From: Candidatus Lindowbacteria bacterium RIFCSPLOWO2_12_FULL_62_27
Lineage (GTDB): Bacteria > Lindowbacteria > 2-12-FULL-62-27
DNA length: 48,616 nucleotides
Assembly: GCA_001784175.1 (NCBI GenBank)
Contig: MFPR01000009.1
Coordinates: forward strand, 1-48,616
Reading direction: 5' to 3'
Shown here: positions 18,438-28,483 of the stretch, one piece after another
Position numbering within the stretch: position 1 is the stretch's first letter
How the letters are laid out: every line of letters begins with the position of its first letter
Notes under the pieces: model-generated
The model's database searches: none
What the model saw: the letters and a program-made list of their open reading frames with translations, nothing else
What the model was told of the DNA's origin: nothing
Translations under genes and position numbers: made by a program

Positions 18438-20534
18438 TTAGAGCGCGTCCAGCTCGCGCTCGGACAGCGTGGCCCACCGCGTCCTCGGGGCCAGCTTGAT
18501 CGAGTCAATAAAATGGAAGAAGGCTTTGTCCTTGTCGGCCAGCGCCTGGTAGACCTTGCCGATGTGAAAATGCACCGCCGCGCGCGCCGGAAGGTCCTCC
18601 ACCGGGATGCGCCGGTGCGCTTCGTGCAGCGCGTCCAGCGCGGCCGCGTAGGCGGTCCGCACGAAGTGGATCCAGCCCAGCGTGTCGAGATAGTAGCCCC
18701 GGCCCTGCGGGTCGATGGCGATGGCCCGCTCCACCAGCTTTTCGGCGTCGTCCAGATTCTTTTTTTCCTCGGCGTACAGATACGCGAGTCCGTTCATCGC
18801 GTCGGCGTTGTCCGGATACACGTTCAGCGCCTCCTTGTAGGCCATCTCGGCCTCGCCCGGTTTGCCGGCGCGCCGAAGGTCCTTGGCGCGGTCCAGCGCC
18901 TGCCGGGCGGCCTCGGCGCTGACTTTCGTCTGCTTGTCGGCGATGGCGTCCCGTTGAATGGAGGCGGTTTTCTTCATGAGATCAGCGTAGTCCCGCTTGA
19001 GCTCGTTCAGGCTCTCATCCTTTTTCCGCGTTTCCTCCCGCAGACGCGCCAGCTCCTTCGTCGTCGTGTCGAGGCGCCAGGTATATTCGTCCCGCGCTTT
19101 CACGAGTTCCGAATCGTAATAGATTTTGACCAGCGCGATCTGCGCGTCGAACGCGTCGCGCATTTTCTGGAGCGTTTCGGACAGCGCGGCGTTCTGCTTT
19201 TCCAGCGTCTCCATCTTTTGCTTGTGCGCCCACAGTTGCGCGTCCAGCTCCGCGGCCCGTGCCTGCATCGCTTTCGAACGCTCGGCCGCGTCGGTCAGGC
19301 CCTCGAGCTGCGAGAGCATGGAGAGATTCTTGTCCTTGATTTCTTTCAGCCGCGTGGTCTGCTCGATCAGCTCTTGCTTGAGACGCGCGTTCTGCTGCTT
19401 CTCCGCTTCGAGCTGTGCCTTCAAAATCTCGAGTTGCTTTTCGATCACCTTCTGCGCGCGAACGTCCCGCTGAAGCTCCAGAAGCCTGGTCTGGAGCGCG
19501 TCGTAGCCTTCGGACCGCTCGTCGACCCATTTCTGGATCGAGCCCACCGCCTGCTCCATCGCGTCCGACGGCAGCGGCTGCCAGCCCGGCGATTCGGGCG
19601 GCGCGGCGGGAGGAGAAGGCGGGGCGGGCGCGGACGGAGGAAGCCGTGTTTTCGGAGGCGCGGCGTGCGCCCATTCGGATGCCGGCGGGGGCGCTGTCGG
19701 AAGCTCTGACTTGGATTTCCTTCCGGGAATCCGCACTTTCTGGCCGACGTCCAAAGTATAGGGAGGCGGAATCTTGTTGTATTTCGCCAGCTCCTTGTAC
19801 CGGTCCGTGGAACCCAGGAGCGCCTTGGCGATCTTCGAGAGGCTGTCGCCCTTCTTGACGACGTAGACCGCCTCTTCCGGCTCGCCCGTGACCGACGGCG
19901 CCGCCGGGATGGCGACGGGCTCGTGGGACACGGGCGACTCCGGCGGCCGGTGGTCCGGCTCATGTTTCTCCGCTTTCGACGGCGCCGGTGTTGCGATTGC
20001 GCGCTCCGCCGCCACCGGGAGCGTTGGCGAGGCCGGCGCCTCCACGCCCGGCAGACGCTGCTGCGCAATCTTGGCGGCGATGCTGCCCTTGTGGTTTTCG
20101 ATCAGGTAGCTCCAGACTTTCCGCGCCTCGGCGCCGTCGCCCATTTCGGTGAGAACCGATCCGAGCTGCAACAGCGCGTCCGGAACGGCGGACGCGGCCG
20201 GATAGCGACGCGCCAGCTCTTCATACCCCCCACGCGCCGCCGCCAGATCCCCCATCTTGTGATGGGCGCTCGCGATCGAAAACATCGCCTCCGACGCCAG
20301 CACGTGTTCGGGATGATTTTCGGATACCAGTTGGAATACGCTGATGGCGCTGGCATACGCGCCCCGGCGGAAATACTCGTTCCCCTTCTCGTACAACGCC
20401 GACACCGGATCGAACGGCTCCCCCCGGGCCGCCGCCATGCCCGCACCCGGCGCCAGGAGCGCGATGGCCGCAACCAGAGCGGCGACACGGATTATCCGAA
20501 GCGGGACATCAACAGAGTTCGACATCGTTGGCAT
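18438..20534 (-). CDS. Secreted protein: TPR (CpoB/BamD-like) + LysM + coiled coil + TPR
   Basis: Signal peptide; N-terminal TPRs; YVVKKGDSLSKIA...LDVGQKVRIP LysM; long heptad region; YLDTLGW TPR. Confidence 0.85.
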   Translation of the reverse strand: MPTMSNSVDVPLRIIRVAALVAAIALLAPGAGMAAARGEPFDPVSALYEKGNEYFRRGAYASAISVFQLVSENHPEHVLASEAMFSIASAHHKMGDLAAARGGYEELARRYPAASAVPDALLQLGSVLTEMGDGAEARKVWSYLIENHKGSIAAKIAQQRLPGVEAPASPTLPVAAERAIATPAPSKAEKHEPDHRPPESPVSHEPVAIPAAPSVTGEPEEAVYVVKKGDSLSKIAKALLGSTDRYKELAKYNKIPPPYTLDVGQKVRIPGRKSKSELPTAPPPASEWAHAAPPKTRLPPSAPAPPSPPAAPPESPGWQPLPSDAMEQAVGSIQKWVDERSEGYDALQTRLLELQRDVRAQKVIEKQLEILKAQLEAEKQQNARLKQELIEQTTRLKEIKDKNLSMLSQLEGLTDAAERSKAMQARAAELDAQLWAHKQKMETLEKQNAALSETLQKMRDAFDAQIALVKIYYDSELVKARDEYTWRLDTTTKELARLREETRKKDESLNELKRDYADLMKKTASIQRDAIADKQTKVSAEAARQALDRAKDLRRAGKPGEAEMAYKEALNVYPDNADAMNGLAYLYAEEKKNLDDAEKLVERAIAIDPQGRGYYLDTLGWIHFVRTAYAAALDALHEAHRRIPVEDLPARAAVHFHIGKVYQALADKDKAFFHFIDSIKLAPRTRWATLSERELDAL

Positions 20535-20657
20535 ACGGATTTTATAATTACGTTAGACGTTTTTGGTTGTCAACAGGCGAGGGTGCTTGCAAATCCATGT
20601 TCGCTCAACTAGCGTTCAAACGGACGGTGGAGGGACAAACACAGGAGGGTGTCTGCG

Positions 20658-23600
20658 ATGAACCAACTCTCAAGAGGTGAATATCAGATTTCACTCAGTT
20701 CACTGATGGCGCTGTTTTTTGTCTTTGTTTCCGCAGCTCACCCCGGACCCGTCCATGCCGTTTCAGGGTTCCAAGGAGTGGCTTATGAGCGGAAGGCGGA
20801 CGGAAGCATCGGCCCCACGATCGCCGGCGTGGCGATCAAGTTCGTCAGCGAGAACGGACAGGTGACGAAGACCGCGACGACGAACAGCACGGGATTCTAC
20901 CGCGTGGATCTTGATGTGGCCCGATATGGGGTGACGGCGGCACATCCGGATTATGAGAGCTATTCGTCCGCGCCGGGATTTTTTGTGGTCACGGCCGGGT
21001 CCTATCAAACGGGAAACATCTTTCTGAAAAAGGCCGCGTCGACGTCCGCCGGTTTGAAAATCACCGGCGGCGCCCAACTGATCGGGCATACGGACCTCAT
21101 CAACTCGGTCGCCTTTTCTCCCGACGGGCGGCTCCTGGCCAGCGGGAGCATGGACCGGACCGTGAAACTCTGGGACGTTCAAACCAACGCCTGCCTTCGC
21201 ACGCTGACTTTGCACACAAGCTGGGTAAGGTCGGTCGCGTTTTCCCCGGACGGAAAGCTCCTGGCCAGCGCGAGCGACGACAAGACCGTCCGGCTCTGGG
21301 ACCCGCAGACGGGCGCGCCGGTGCGCGTTCTGTCCGGGCACTACAGCGGCGTCTTAGCCGTCGCGTTTTCGCCGGATGGCCGCACGCTGGTCAGCCTTAG
21401 TCCGGTCAACAGGGGCGAACTCATCGTGTGGGACGTTCAGAGCGGCGCCCTCGTCAAGAGGATCGCCGTCAACCACACGAGCATGGTCCGCACGCTGGCC
21501 TTCTCGCCGGACGGCAAGACCGTGGTGACGGCCGGCGGCAGTCCCAACGGGCCCGGCGAAAACAAGGTCTGGGACATTCAAACGGGAACGTCGAGCAAGA
21601 CCCTCACAGACACCGCCGGGTTTGACGAGGCCGTCGCGTTCTCGCCCGACGCCGCCCTCCTGGCCGGCGCCGGCGGCATCTATGACAATGCGCTGACCGT
21701 CTGGGACGCCAAGACCTACCAGGCGCCGCCGGTCATGGTTCTGCCTCAAGTGGACCCGAGCGGAACGAAGAACGGACTGAAATCGGTGGCGTTTTCCGGC
21801 GACGGCAAACTCGTCGGTGTCGGAGGCGCCGTCGTTCGATTGTATGAGCGGGCGACCTGGAAGTCCGCATTGTACTTGTATCCCGAACACGGCGTCACGC
21901 ACACGCTGGCGTTTTGCCCGACGCGCCTCATGGTGGCGACGGCCGGCGCCAAGAAACTTCCGCTGGACAAGTACGCGATTCAGTTGTGGGTGCTCTCCTC
22001 CGGCGACGCGCCTCCCCCGCCGCCACCCGGATTGACGCTCGTTTCCAAGCATTTCTTCGGAGGCATGGGCGACCAGGCGGGGACCGGCATCTCCGCGCTG
22101 GGTGGCGCCGTTTATCTCTCCGGATACGACAATGCGGCCTACAACGGCCAGTCGATGGCCGTCGCCTTTGCGAATCCTCCGGCGGCCAATCCCCTTTGGA
22201 GCGCGCGCTGGCCGAACCAGAGCGGGTCTCCGCGGCCGGGCATGGAAAATTTTTCGGGCGTGTCGGCGTCGGACGCGGGCGCTTTTTTTGCGGGCATGAG
22301 CTGGACGCAGACGACAGATCGCGTCGGCGACAAGGAGAGCAAGAGCGTTCTGGTGAAGTTCCCGCTGAACGGCCCGACCGGCCGGGAGGTCGGCGGGGCC
22401 GACTGGGTCGCCAAGCCGGCGTTTTTTCCGAATTATTGGGGCTGGGAGTCGTTGAACGCGTCGCTGGTTTCGAAGGAAGGCAACAGCACGTTCATTTATG
22501 TCACCGGCGCGGCGCAGACCAACGGCGCGAACAACACGGCGGTGCTGGCCAAGTATGACGCCGCCGGCAAACACGTATGGCGGCTGGATCTGGGAGATCA
22601 TGGTCCTTACAAGAACAGCCGGGGGTACAGTCTCGCGATCGCAAACGGCCGGGTCTATATCGGCGGGATGAGTCACTATCCGTACACGGACCCAGCGACG
22701 GTTCGGGCGGGTCTCTGGACCTGCGACTTTTCCGGCGGCGGGAAACTCGCCTATGGCCTGTCGCGGTCGATGGGAAGCGAGCGGCCGGTTGCGGTGGCGG
22801 CGTCCGGCAGCAGCGTTTATCTGGCGATGGGGATCGACAACGGCCCCAATGGCGGGGTGGACGCGGTGGTCCAGAAGTACGATTTCAGCAAGACCAATTA
22901 TCTGGGATGGAACAAAACTTATGGCGGCCCGGGCGACGACATTCCGTACGGGCTGGCCGCGGACGACAAGCGGGTGTACGGCGTCGGCGAGACGAAGGAC
23001 AACCTGACGCAGGGCCGGGCTTCCGTGCTGGTCGAGATCGACGCCGCCGACGGAACGCGTTTGACGACGACGCGCTACGATGGAGACCGGGACGACGTCG
23101 CCAGAGGCGTGGCGGTCGCCGAATCCGACATCTATGTGGTCGGCGAGTCGAGAAGTTCCGGCGGGGCGGCGGGAAATGCGTCGGGACAGAGCGATCTCAT
23201 GCTCCTGCGCTACAAGGCCGGCGCGGCGCCGCCGAAGATTCTCCCGCCGGTCGCGGACGCCGGCCCGGACCAGACGGTGGAGTGTGACAGTTACATCGGC
23301 ACGCGCGTCCAGCTCGACGGCTCGATGTCCCGGGACCCGCAGGGCCGGACTCTGACCTACGCGTGGAAGTGGCCGCTGGGCAGCGCAACGGGCGTGAGGC
23401 CTTCGGTGCGCCTGCCGATGGGCCGGCATGTGATTGTCCTGACGGTCAATAACGGCGCTCTCTCCGCGGCGGACAGCGTGGTCATTCTCATCCGGGACTC
23501 GACGCCGCCCGTATTTCGCAGGCTCTCTGTCAATCCCAGCGAGTTGTGGCCGCCCAATAACAAGCCTGTCCTGGTCCGCGCAGACGCCATCGATGTCTTC

Positions 23601-23903
23601 GACAGTTGCACGCCCCGGCCGAGAATCGCGCTGGTCTCGATCAAAACCGGCCCGCCGCACCCGGGCGCCAAAGGGCCGTACGTTTCGGAGGCCCTCTACG
23701 GCACGGACGACCGGGCCTTCAAACTTCTGGCGGCCAAGAACACGACCGGCGATTCGAGAACCTACACGATCGTCTACCGGGCGACGGACAACGCGCGCAA
23801 TTCCTCCTACGATACGGCGCTTGTGGTGGTGCCGCATTCGAAGGGCAAGAGCGACAAGCCGGACGCGGGAGGTTCTGTTGGGGGAGGATCAAAAAAGAAG
23901 TAG
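20658..23903 (+). CDS. Secreted multidomain protein: carboxypeptidase-regulatory-like domain + WD40 propeller + second propeller-like region + PKD-like and C-terminal Ig-like domains
   Basis: Signal peptide; repeated GH...V.SVAFSPDG..LAS.S.D.TV.LWD; PPVADAGPDQTV...LDGSMSRDP; ELWPPN module; GGAGG RBS. Confidence 0.87.
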   Translation: MNQLSRGEYQISLSSLMALFFVFVSAAHPGPVHAVSGFQGVAYERKADGSIGPTIAGVAIKFVSENGQVTKTATTNSTGFYRVDLDVARYGVTAAHPDYESYSSAPGFFVVTAGSYQTGNIFLKKAASTSAGLKITGGAQLIGHTDLINSVAFSPDGRLLASGSMDRTVKLWDVQTNACLRTLTLHTSWVRSVAFSPDGKLLASASDDKTVRLWDPQTGAPVRVLSGHYSGVLAVAFSPDGRTLVSLSPVNRGELIVWDVQSGALVKRIAVNHTSMVRTLAFSPDGKTVVTAGGSPNGPGENKVWDIQTGTSSKTLTDTAGFDEAVAFSPDAALLAGAGGIYDNALTVWDAKTYQAPPVMVLPQVDPSGTKNGLKSVAFSGDGKLVGVGGAVVRLYERATWKSALYLYPEHGVTHTLAFCPTRLMVATAGAKKLPLDKYAIQLWVLSSGDAPPPPPPGLTLVSKHFFGGMGDQAGTGISALGGAVYLSGYDNAAYNGQSMAVAFANPPAANPLWSARWPNQSGSPRPGMENFSGVSASDAGAFFAGMSWTQTTDRVGDKESKSVLVKFPLNGPTGREVGGADWVAKPAFFPNYWGWESLNASLVSKEGNSTFIYVTGAAQTNGANNTAVLAKYDAAGKHVWRLDLGDHGPYKNSRGYSLAIANGRVYIGGMSHYPYTDPATVRAGLWTCDFSGGGKLAYGLSRSMGSERPVAVAASGSSVYLAMGIDNGPNGGVDAVVQKYDFSKTNYLGWNKTYGGPGDDIPYGLAADDKRVYGVGETKDNLTQGRASVLVEIDAADGTRLTTTRYDGDRDDVARGVAVAESDIYVVGESRSSGGAAGNASGQSDLMLLRYKAGAAPPKILPPVADAGPDQTVECDSYIGTRVQLDGSMSRDPQGRTLTYAWKWPLGSATGVRPSVRLPMGRHVIVLTVNNGALSAADSVVILIRDSTPPVFRRLSVNPSELWPPNNKPVLVRADAIDVFDSCTPRPRIALVSIKTGPPHPGAKGPYVSEALYGTDDRAFKLLAAKNTTGDSRTYTIVYRATDNARNSSYDTALVVVPHSKGKSDKPDAGGSVGGGSKKK

Positions 23904-23919
23904 TTAAAGTCCGGGCGCA

Positions 23920-24966
23920 ATGGAAAAGGCCGTCCTGACGAATTCAATTTCCTTTCCATCCCTGTTCGATCAAGCGTTGCGGAGACGAAAAGATCTTTTC
24001 GAAAGCCTCCACGCGGAGGGAACCAACGCCTATCGGCTGTTTCACGGCATCGCCGAAGGCCTGCCGGGCCTGACGATCGACCGGTATGGATCATTGATTT
24101 TATTGCAAACGTTTCGCGAGGAACTTTCACCCGCGGAATGGGATGCGATTGAAACCACACTGCGTGAAAACATTCCCGGCCCCGTCGTAATCGCGTACAA
24201 CCACCGCGGCCGGCCGAAAGCCGCCGCAGCCCGGTCTTTTGAAGGGCGGCATCGACCCCGGCCGGAATCGTCGGCCGATCTCAGGTGCCGGGAGTTCGGG
24301 CTGGAATATCTGATCCGCGCGCGGCATCGGGGGATGGACCCCTGGCTTTTTCTCGATCTGCGCGCCGGCCGCAGATACATTCGAAAAACCGTCAGGGGCC
24401 TCAGCGTTCTGAACTTGTTTGCGTACACGTGCGCGGCCGGGATCTCTGCGGCGTCCGGCGGCGCAACCGATGTTTGGAATGTCGACTTTGCGTCGTCCAG
24501 TCTCAAGATCGGCCGGCAAAACGCGGTTCTCAATGATATCGGGGACGACCAATTTCGAATCATCGAGGAGGATTGTCTGCCGGTCATGCGCCAACTGGCC
24601 GGATTGCCGCCCGGCGTTCGCCGGAGCCTGAAGAGGAAATTCCGGAAATTCAAACCCCGCCTGTTTGATCTGGTCGTTCTCGATCCGCCGGCGTGGTCCA
24701 AGGGCCCGTTCGGAGCGGTGGACGTCGCCCGGGACTATCCGAGTTTGTTCAAACCGGCGGTTCTGGCCGCCAAGCCTGCCGGAGGACGTATCATGGCGAC
24801 CCACCATCTGCCCTCGATCAAAATCGATTCCTGGATAGACATGCTCAAGCGCTGCGCGGCCAAGGCGGGAAGACCGATTCGGTCCGTCGAGCCGATTGCG
24901 CCGGAGAGCGACTTTCCTTCGTTTGACGGTCATCACCCATTAAAGATTGTGGTTTTCGAAGTTTAA
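23920..24966 (+). CDS. Class I SAM-dependent rRNA methyltransferase (RlmI/RlmK-like)
   Basis: AYRLFHG..EGLPGLTIDRYG; LFLDLR; VLNLFAYT; VVLDPP. Confidence 0.88.
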   Translation: MEKAVLTNSISFPSLFDQALRRRKDLFESLHAEGTNAYRLFHGIAEGLPGLTIDRYGSLILLQTFREELSPAEWDAIETTLRENIPGPVVIAYNHRGRPKAAAARSFEGRHRPRPESSADLRCREFGLEYLIRARHRGMDPWLFLDLRAGRRYIRKTVRGLSVLNLFAYTCAAGISAASGGATDVWNVDFASSSLKIGRQNAVLNDIGDDQFRIIEEDCLPVMRQLAGLPPGVRRSLKRKFRKFKPRLFDLVVLDPPAWSKGPFGAVDVARDYPSLFKPAVLAAKPAGGRIMATHHLPSIKIDSWIDMLKRCAAKAGRPIRSVEPIAPESDFPSFDGHHPLKIVVFEV

Positions 24967-24981
24967 ATTCGAGAGGGGATT

Positions 24982-26148
24982 TTATTTTGTGGTGACTTCC
25001 CCGTTCCCATTGGTTTCCACAATGTCTTCCGAATGCAAAGGCATGAACCATTTCTGGGCGATGAAGGTCGGGATGACCGCGCTGGCGACGACCACGCCGA
25101 CCAGGACGGAATATTGAACTTGATCGATGTATCCCGATGTCAGGCCGAAGACGCTGGAAATCGTGCCGAAGGTCAGGCCCGTGCTCATGAGGAGGGTCGA
25201 ATACATGCTCCCGTTGGGAATGTACTTTTTCGCCAGAAAATACACGCCGACAAATTTGCCAGCGATTTTAACGGCGAAGAGAGCGGCAAAAAGTCCAAGG
25301 GACGAATAAATCACCGCGACGGAGATTTTCATTCCGCCGACGATGAAAAAGACAGGCGTGACGATGGCGTAGGCGACGGTTCTCATCCGGTCGCGCACAA
25401 CTTTGGTTTTTCGGTGCTCCCTGAAATGTTTGGACATCAAGAGTCCGAGCACGAATGCGGGCAGAACGGCGTGACCTTCGCCGAGCTTGGCGAAATAGAT
25501 GAAAACGAGAAGGATCAGAAAAAAATATTTGATCTCCGGCTCGATGACCTTGTTGGCCAGCCTGGGATTCCGCAGGATGTAGAGTGAGAATTTGTCCACC
25601 AGAAAAATCACCGCCGCGGATACCGCGATGAAGACCAGCGTATAGAGCGTGGGTTTGACGAACAGGACGGACAGCGCCAGGGCCGTGCCCATGTCGGTCA
25701 CGAACGTCGCGGCCATGAGGAGCTTGCCGATTTCCGTCGAGGTCAGACCCGTTTCCACCAGCACCGAATAGACGACAGCCAGGGATGTGGTGGAAAGAGC
25801 CGTGCCGGCAATCAATGACGCGCGGTAACTCCAGCCGGCGACGTAATACGCGTAAAGCGCGGTCGCCAGGAACGGCACGAGGAATGAAAACGTGCCGATC
25901 AGCATGCTCGCTTTGAATTTTTCTTTCATCAGGATCGTGTCGATTTCCGCGCCGGCCAGGAAGGTCAAAATAATGCCGCCAAATCCCGCAAGATACAGCA
26001 TCCATTCCTGGACCCCAAGGCCAAAATTCCCGGCCATCGTGCCAAGCAGGATTTCGACGATTGCCACCGATACGCCAAACCGAAGGGAAATCAAACTGGC
26101 CAGAAAAATCATCGCCCCGATGACGAGGGGAACAATGTCAGCTTGCAC
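24982..26148 (-). CDS. Cation:proton antiporter (CPA2-like) under a fluoride riboswitch
   Basis: About 12 TMs; LTFLAGAEID; ALSTTSLAVVY; TFVTD; STGLTFGTI; AGGAGG RBS before GTG 26148. Confidence 0.9.
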   Translation of the reverse strand: MQADIVPLVIGAMIFLASLISLRFGVSVAIVEILLGTMAGNFGLGVQEWMLYLAGFGGIILTFLAGAEIDTILMKEKFKASMLIGTFSFLVPFLATALYAYYVAGWSYRASLIAGTALSTTSLAVVYSVLVETGLTSTEIGKLLMAATFVTDMGTALALSVLFVKPTLYTLVFIAVSAAVIFLVDKFSLYILRNPRLANKVIEPEIKYFFLILLVFIYFAKLGEGHAVLPAFVLGLLMSKHFREHRKTKVVRDRMRTVAYAIVTPVFFIVGGMKISVAVIYSSLGLFAALFAVKIAGKFVGVYFLAKKYIPNGSMYSTLLMSTGLTFGTISSVFGLTSGYIDQVQYSVLVGVVVASAVIPTFIAQKWFMPLHSEDIVETNGNGEVTTK

Positions 26149-26183
26149 GGTAACCTCCTGATCTCTAAAAGTCATTGCATGTG

Positions 26184-26230
26184 GTAGGAGTCATCAGCCG
26201 GTAGGGGCGGTTAAGGCGAACTCCATCGCC
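26184..26230 (-). ncRNA. Fluoride (crcB) riboswitch
   Basis: GGCGATGGAGTTCGCC-TTAACCGCC...GCTGATGACTCCTAC matches the crcB motif, including the GGAGT/ACTCC pseudoknot. Confidence 0.95.
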
Positions 26231-26249
26231 TGCACATCTGACAGCACGT

Positions 26250-26278
26250 ATCTTATCCGCTTTGCTTCCCCGGCGCAA
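26250..26278 (-). promoter_or_regulatory. sigma70-type promoter of the fluoride riboswitch/antiporter
   Basis: TTGCGC-17 bp-TAAGAT just upstream of the aptamer. Confidence 0.6.
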
Positions 26279-26301
26279 GAAAATTTTTGCAGCGGCCCCT
26301 C

Positions 26302-28197
26302 CTACAATTTGATTTGCATTCCGATCTCAAACACGCGAACAGCCGGGATGCCGAAATATTTTGTGGCGCTCCGCGCATTACGCGTGATCAACACAAAAAG
26401 AACCTTCCGCCAGTATGCCATGCCGTTTTTCGAAGAAGGCATGAGAGTCTCGCGGCCCAGGTAATAGGTGGTTTTGGATGAATCAACGGGAACGTGGAAG
26501 TGGAGAGCCGCGTCCCGAACGACGGACGGAACGTGAGGAGTCTGCATAAATCCGTAACGCGCCTCGATTCTGAAGAATCCGAACCCGAGATCCGACACCC
26601 GGATGCGTTCGGTCCGGGGGATTTTGGGAACAGGCTCCGAGTGAACGCTCAAGAGAATGACGGTTTCGTGGAGCGTTTGGTTGTGTTTGAAATGATGGAC
26701 CAGGGCGTTGGGCGCCGCCGTTGGATTTGACGCCATGAAGATCGCCGTTCCGCCCACACGCAGCGGTTGTTCGCGCGCCGCATCGGCCAGAAACGTTTCC
26801 AGGGGAGGCGTTGCGCCGCTCAGACGCGCGGCGAGAAGTTCCCGGCCGTTTTTCCAGGTCATCATGATCGTGAACAGCGCCAGAGCCAGCAGGATCGGCA
26901 CATATCCGCCGTGGACGAATTTCAAAGCTGTTGAGGCCAGGAAGGGCACGTCAAAAGATAAAAACAATACTACCAGCGCGGCGGCCTTCCATACCGGCCA
27001 GCCGCGCGCCTTGACGAGCACGGCGCCATAAACCAGGGACGTGATGAGCATCGTGCCGGTGACGGCGATCCCGTACGCGGCGGCCAATCGCGTTGATTCC
27101 TTGAAAAAAATGACCAGCCCGACGGTTCCGGCGGCGAGCGCCCAATTGATTTCTGGAATGTAAATCTGGCCTTCAGTTTCTCCGGACGTGTGGACGACGG
27201 TCACCCGGGGAAAGAATCCGAGCTGCACCGCCTGCCGGGTCAGGGAATAGGCGCCCGATATCATCGCTTGAGATGCGATAATCGTCGCAGCTGTTGCCAA
27301 CACGATCAAGAGATACATCCCCCATCCGGCCGGGACCAGCGAGTAAAAGACATTCGACGCCGCGTTGGGGTGGCCCAAGAGATACGCGCCCTGACCGAAG
27401 TAATTCAGCAAGAGCGCGGGCATGACAAATCCGTACCATGCGATCCGGATCGGCCTGAGTCCGAAATGTCCCATGTCCGCGTAGAGCGCCTCGCCGCCCG
27501 TGACGACCAGAAAGACGGATCCCAGCACCCGCAGGGCCTGAAATTGATGTTCGATGAAGAACCGGATGGCATACATCGGATTGACAGCCAGAAGGATCGA
27601 AGGCTGTCGGGAAATGTGGATCACGCCGAGGATCGCCAGCGTCGAAAACCAAATCACCATGACCGGCCCGAACACCCGGCCGACGCCGGCCGTGCCCCGC
27701 CTTTGAAACCAGAAAAGCCCAAGCAGGATGCAGATCGTCAGCGGAATCACAAGCGGCTTGAGGTTCGGCGCGGCAATTTCCAGACCTTCAACGGCGCTCA
27801 AAACCGACAGGGCCGGCGTGATGATGCCGTCGCCGTAAAGGAGCGCCGCGCCGAAAATCACCAGGGACGTCACCCATTTGCCATAGCGCCCCGCTCCGCC
27901 CGCGTCGGGCGGGATCAGCGCGAGGAGAGCGAGAATTCCACCCTCTCCCCGGTTGTCCGCGCGCATGATGAAGGTCAGGTACTTGACCGCCACGACCATC
28001 GTCAGCGACCAGAACATGAGCGAGAGAATTCCAAAAAGATTTTGCGGCGTCGGCGGCACCGAATGCGCGCCGTAGACACATTCTTTCACCGCATAAAGCG
28101 GGCTTGTGCCGATGTCTCCAAAGATCACTCCAAGCACGGCCAAAACAACGGCCGTGTGCTTCAGACGCGAATCCGAAGCGGACTCCGAGGATTCCAT
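26302..28197 (-). CDS. kup: Potassium transporter Kup
   Basis: GVIFGDIGTSPLY; RADNRGEGG; TGGEALYADMGHFG; GQIYIP; AAYGIAV; YGFMQTP. Confidence 0.97.
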   Translation of the reverse strand: MESSESASDSRLKHTAVVLAVLGVIFGDIGTSPLYAVKECVYGAHSVPPTPQNLFGILSLMFWSLTMVVAVKYLTFIMRADNRGEGGILALLALIPPDAGGAGRYGKWVTSLVIFGAALLYGDGIITPALSVLSAVEGLEIAAPNLKPLVIPLTICILLGLFWFQRRGTAGVGRVFGPVMVIWFSTLAILGVIHISRQPSILLAVNPMYAIRFFIEHQFQALRVLGSVFLVVTGGEALYADMGHFGLRPIRIAWYGFVMPALLLNYFGQGAYLLGHPNAASNVFYSLVPAGWGMYLLIVLATAATIIASQAMISGAYSLTRQAVQLGFFPRVTVVHTSGETEGQIYIPEINWALAAGTVGLVIFFKESTRLAAAYGIAVTGTMLITSLVYGAVLVKARGWPVWKAAALVVLFLSFDVPFLASTALKFVHGGYVPILLALALFTIMMTWKNGRELLAARLSGATPPLETFLADAAREQPLRVGGTAIFMASNPTAAPNALVHHFKHNQTLHETVILLSVHSEPVPKIPRTERIRVSDLGFGFFRIEARYGFMQTPHVPSVVRDAALHFHVPVDSSKTTYYLGRETLMPSSKNGMAYWRKVLFVLITRNARSATKYFGIPAVRVFEIGMQIKL

Positions 28198-28297
28198 GCC
28201 CCGTCTCCTTCCGTCCGCGCGCGGACGGACCCTGTCCGTGAACGCGCGAACGCACGATATTCTTTCGCGGGAGAAAACTTCGGAACTGTTTCCCGGC

Positions 28298-28420
28298 GAA
28301 CGCCTGCGAGGTTAGCTGTCGGGTTAGGGCGTCCGTATCGCCCTTGTCAGATCAAGACCTGACATTCACCCCAAACACCTGGGTCCCCCGTCCCTTCCAA
28401 GCGGAAGGGTTCGGCGATTG
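28298..28420 (-). ncRNA. c-di-AMP riboswitch (ydaO/yuaA)
   Basis: CGCCGAACCC...GGGACGGGGGACCCA...GGGGTGAAT...AGGG...CCCTAACCCGACAGCTAACCTCGCAGGC upstream of kup. Confidence 0.93.
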
Positions 28421-28430
28421 ATCGAGCGGG

Positions 28431-28458
28431 ATTATATACCTGCGAAACGTGAAGTCAA
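28431..28458 (-). promoter_or_regulatory. sigma70-type promoter of the c-di-AMP riboswitch/kup
   Basis: TTGACT-16 bp-TATAAT about 10 nt before the aptamer. Confidence 0.72.
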
Positions 28459-28483
28459 GGAAAAACTTCGTGACCGAACGTTT

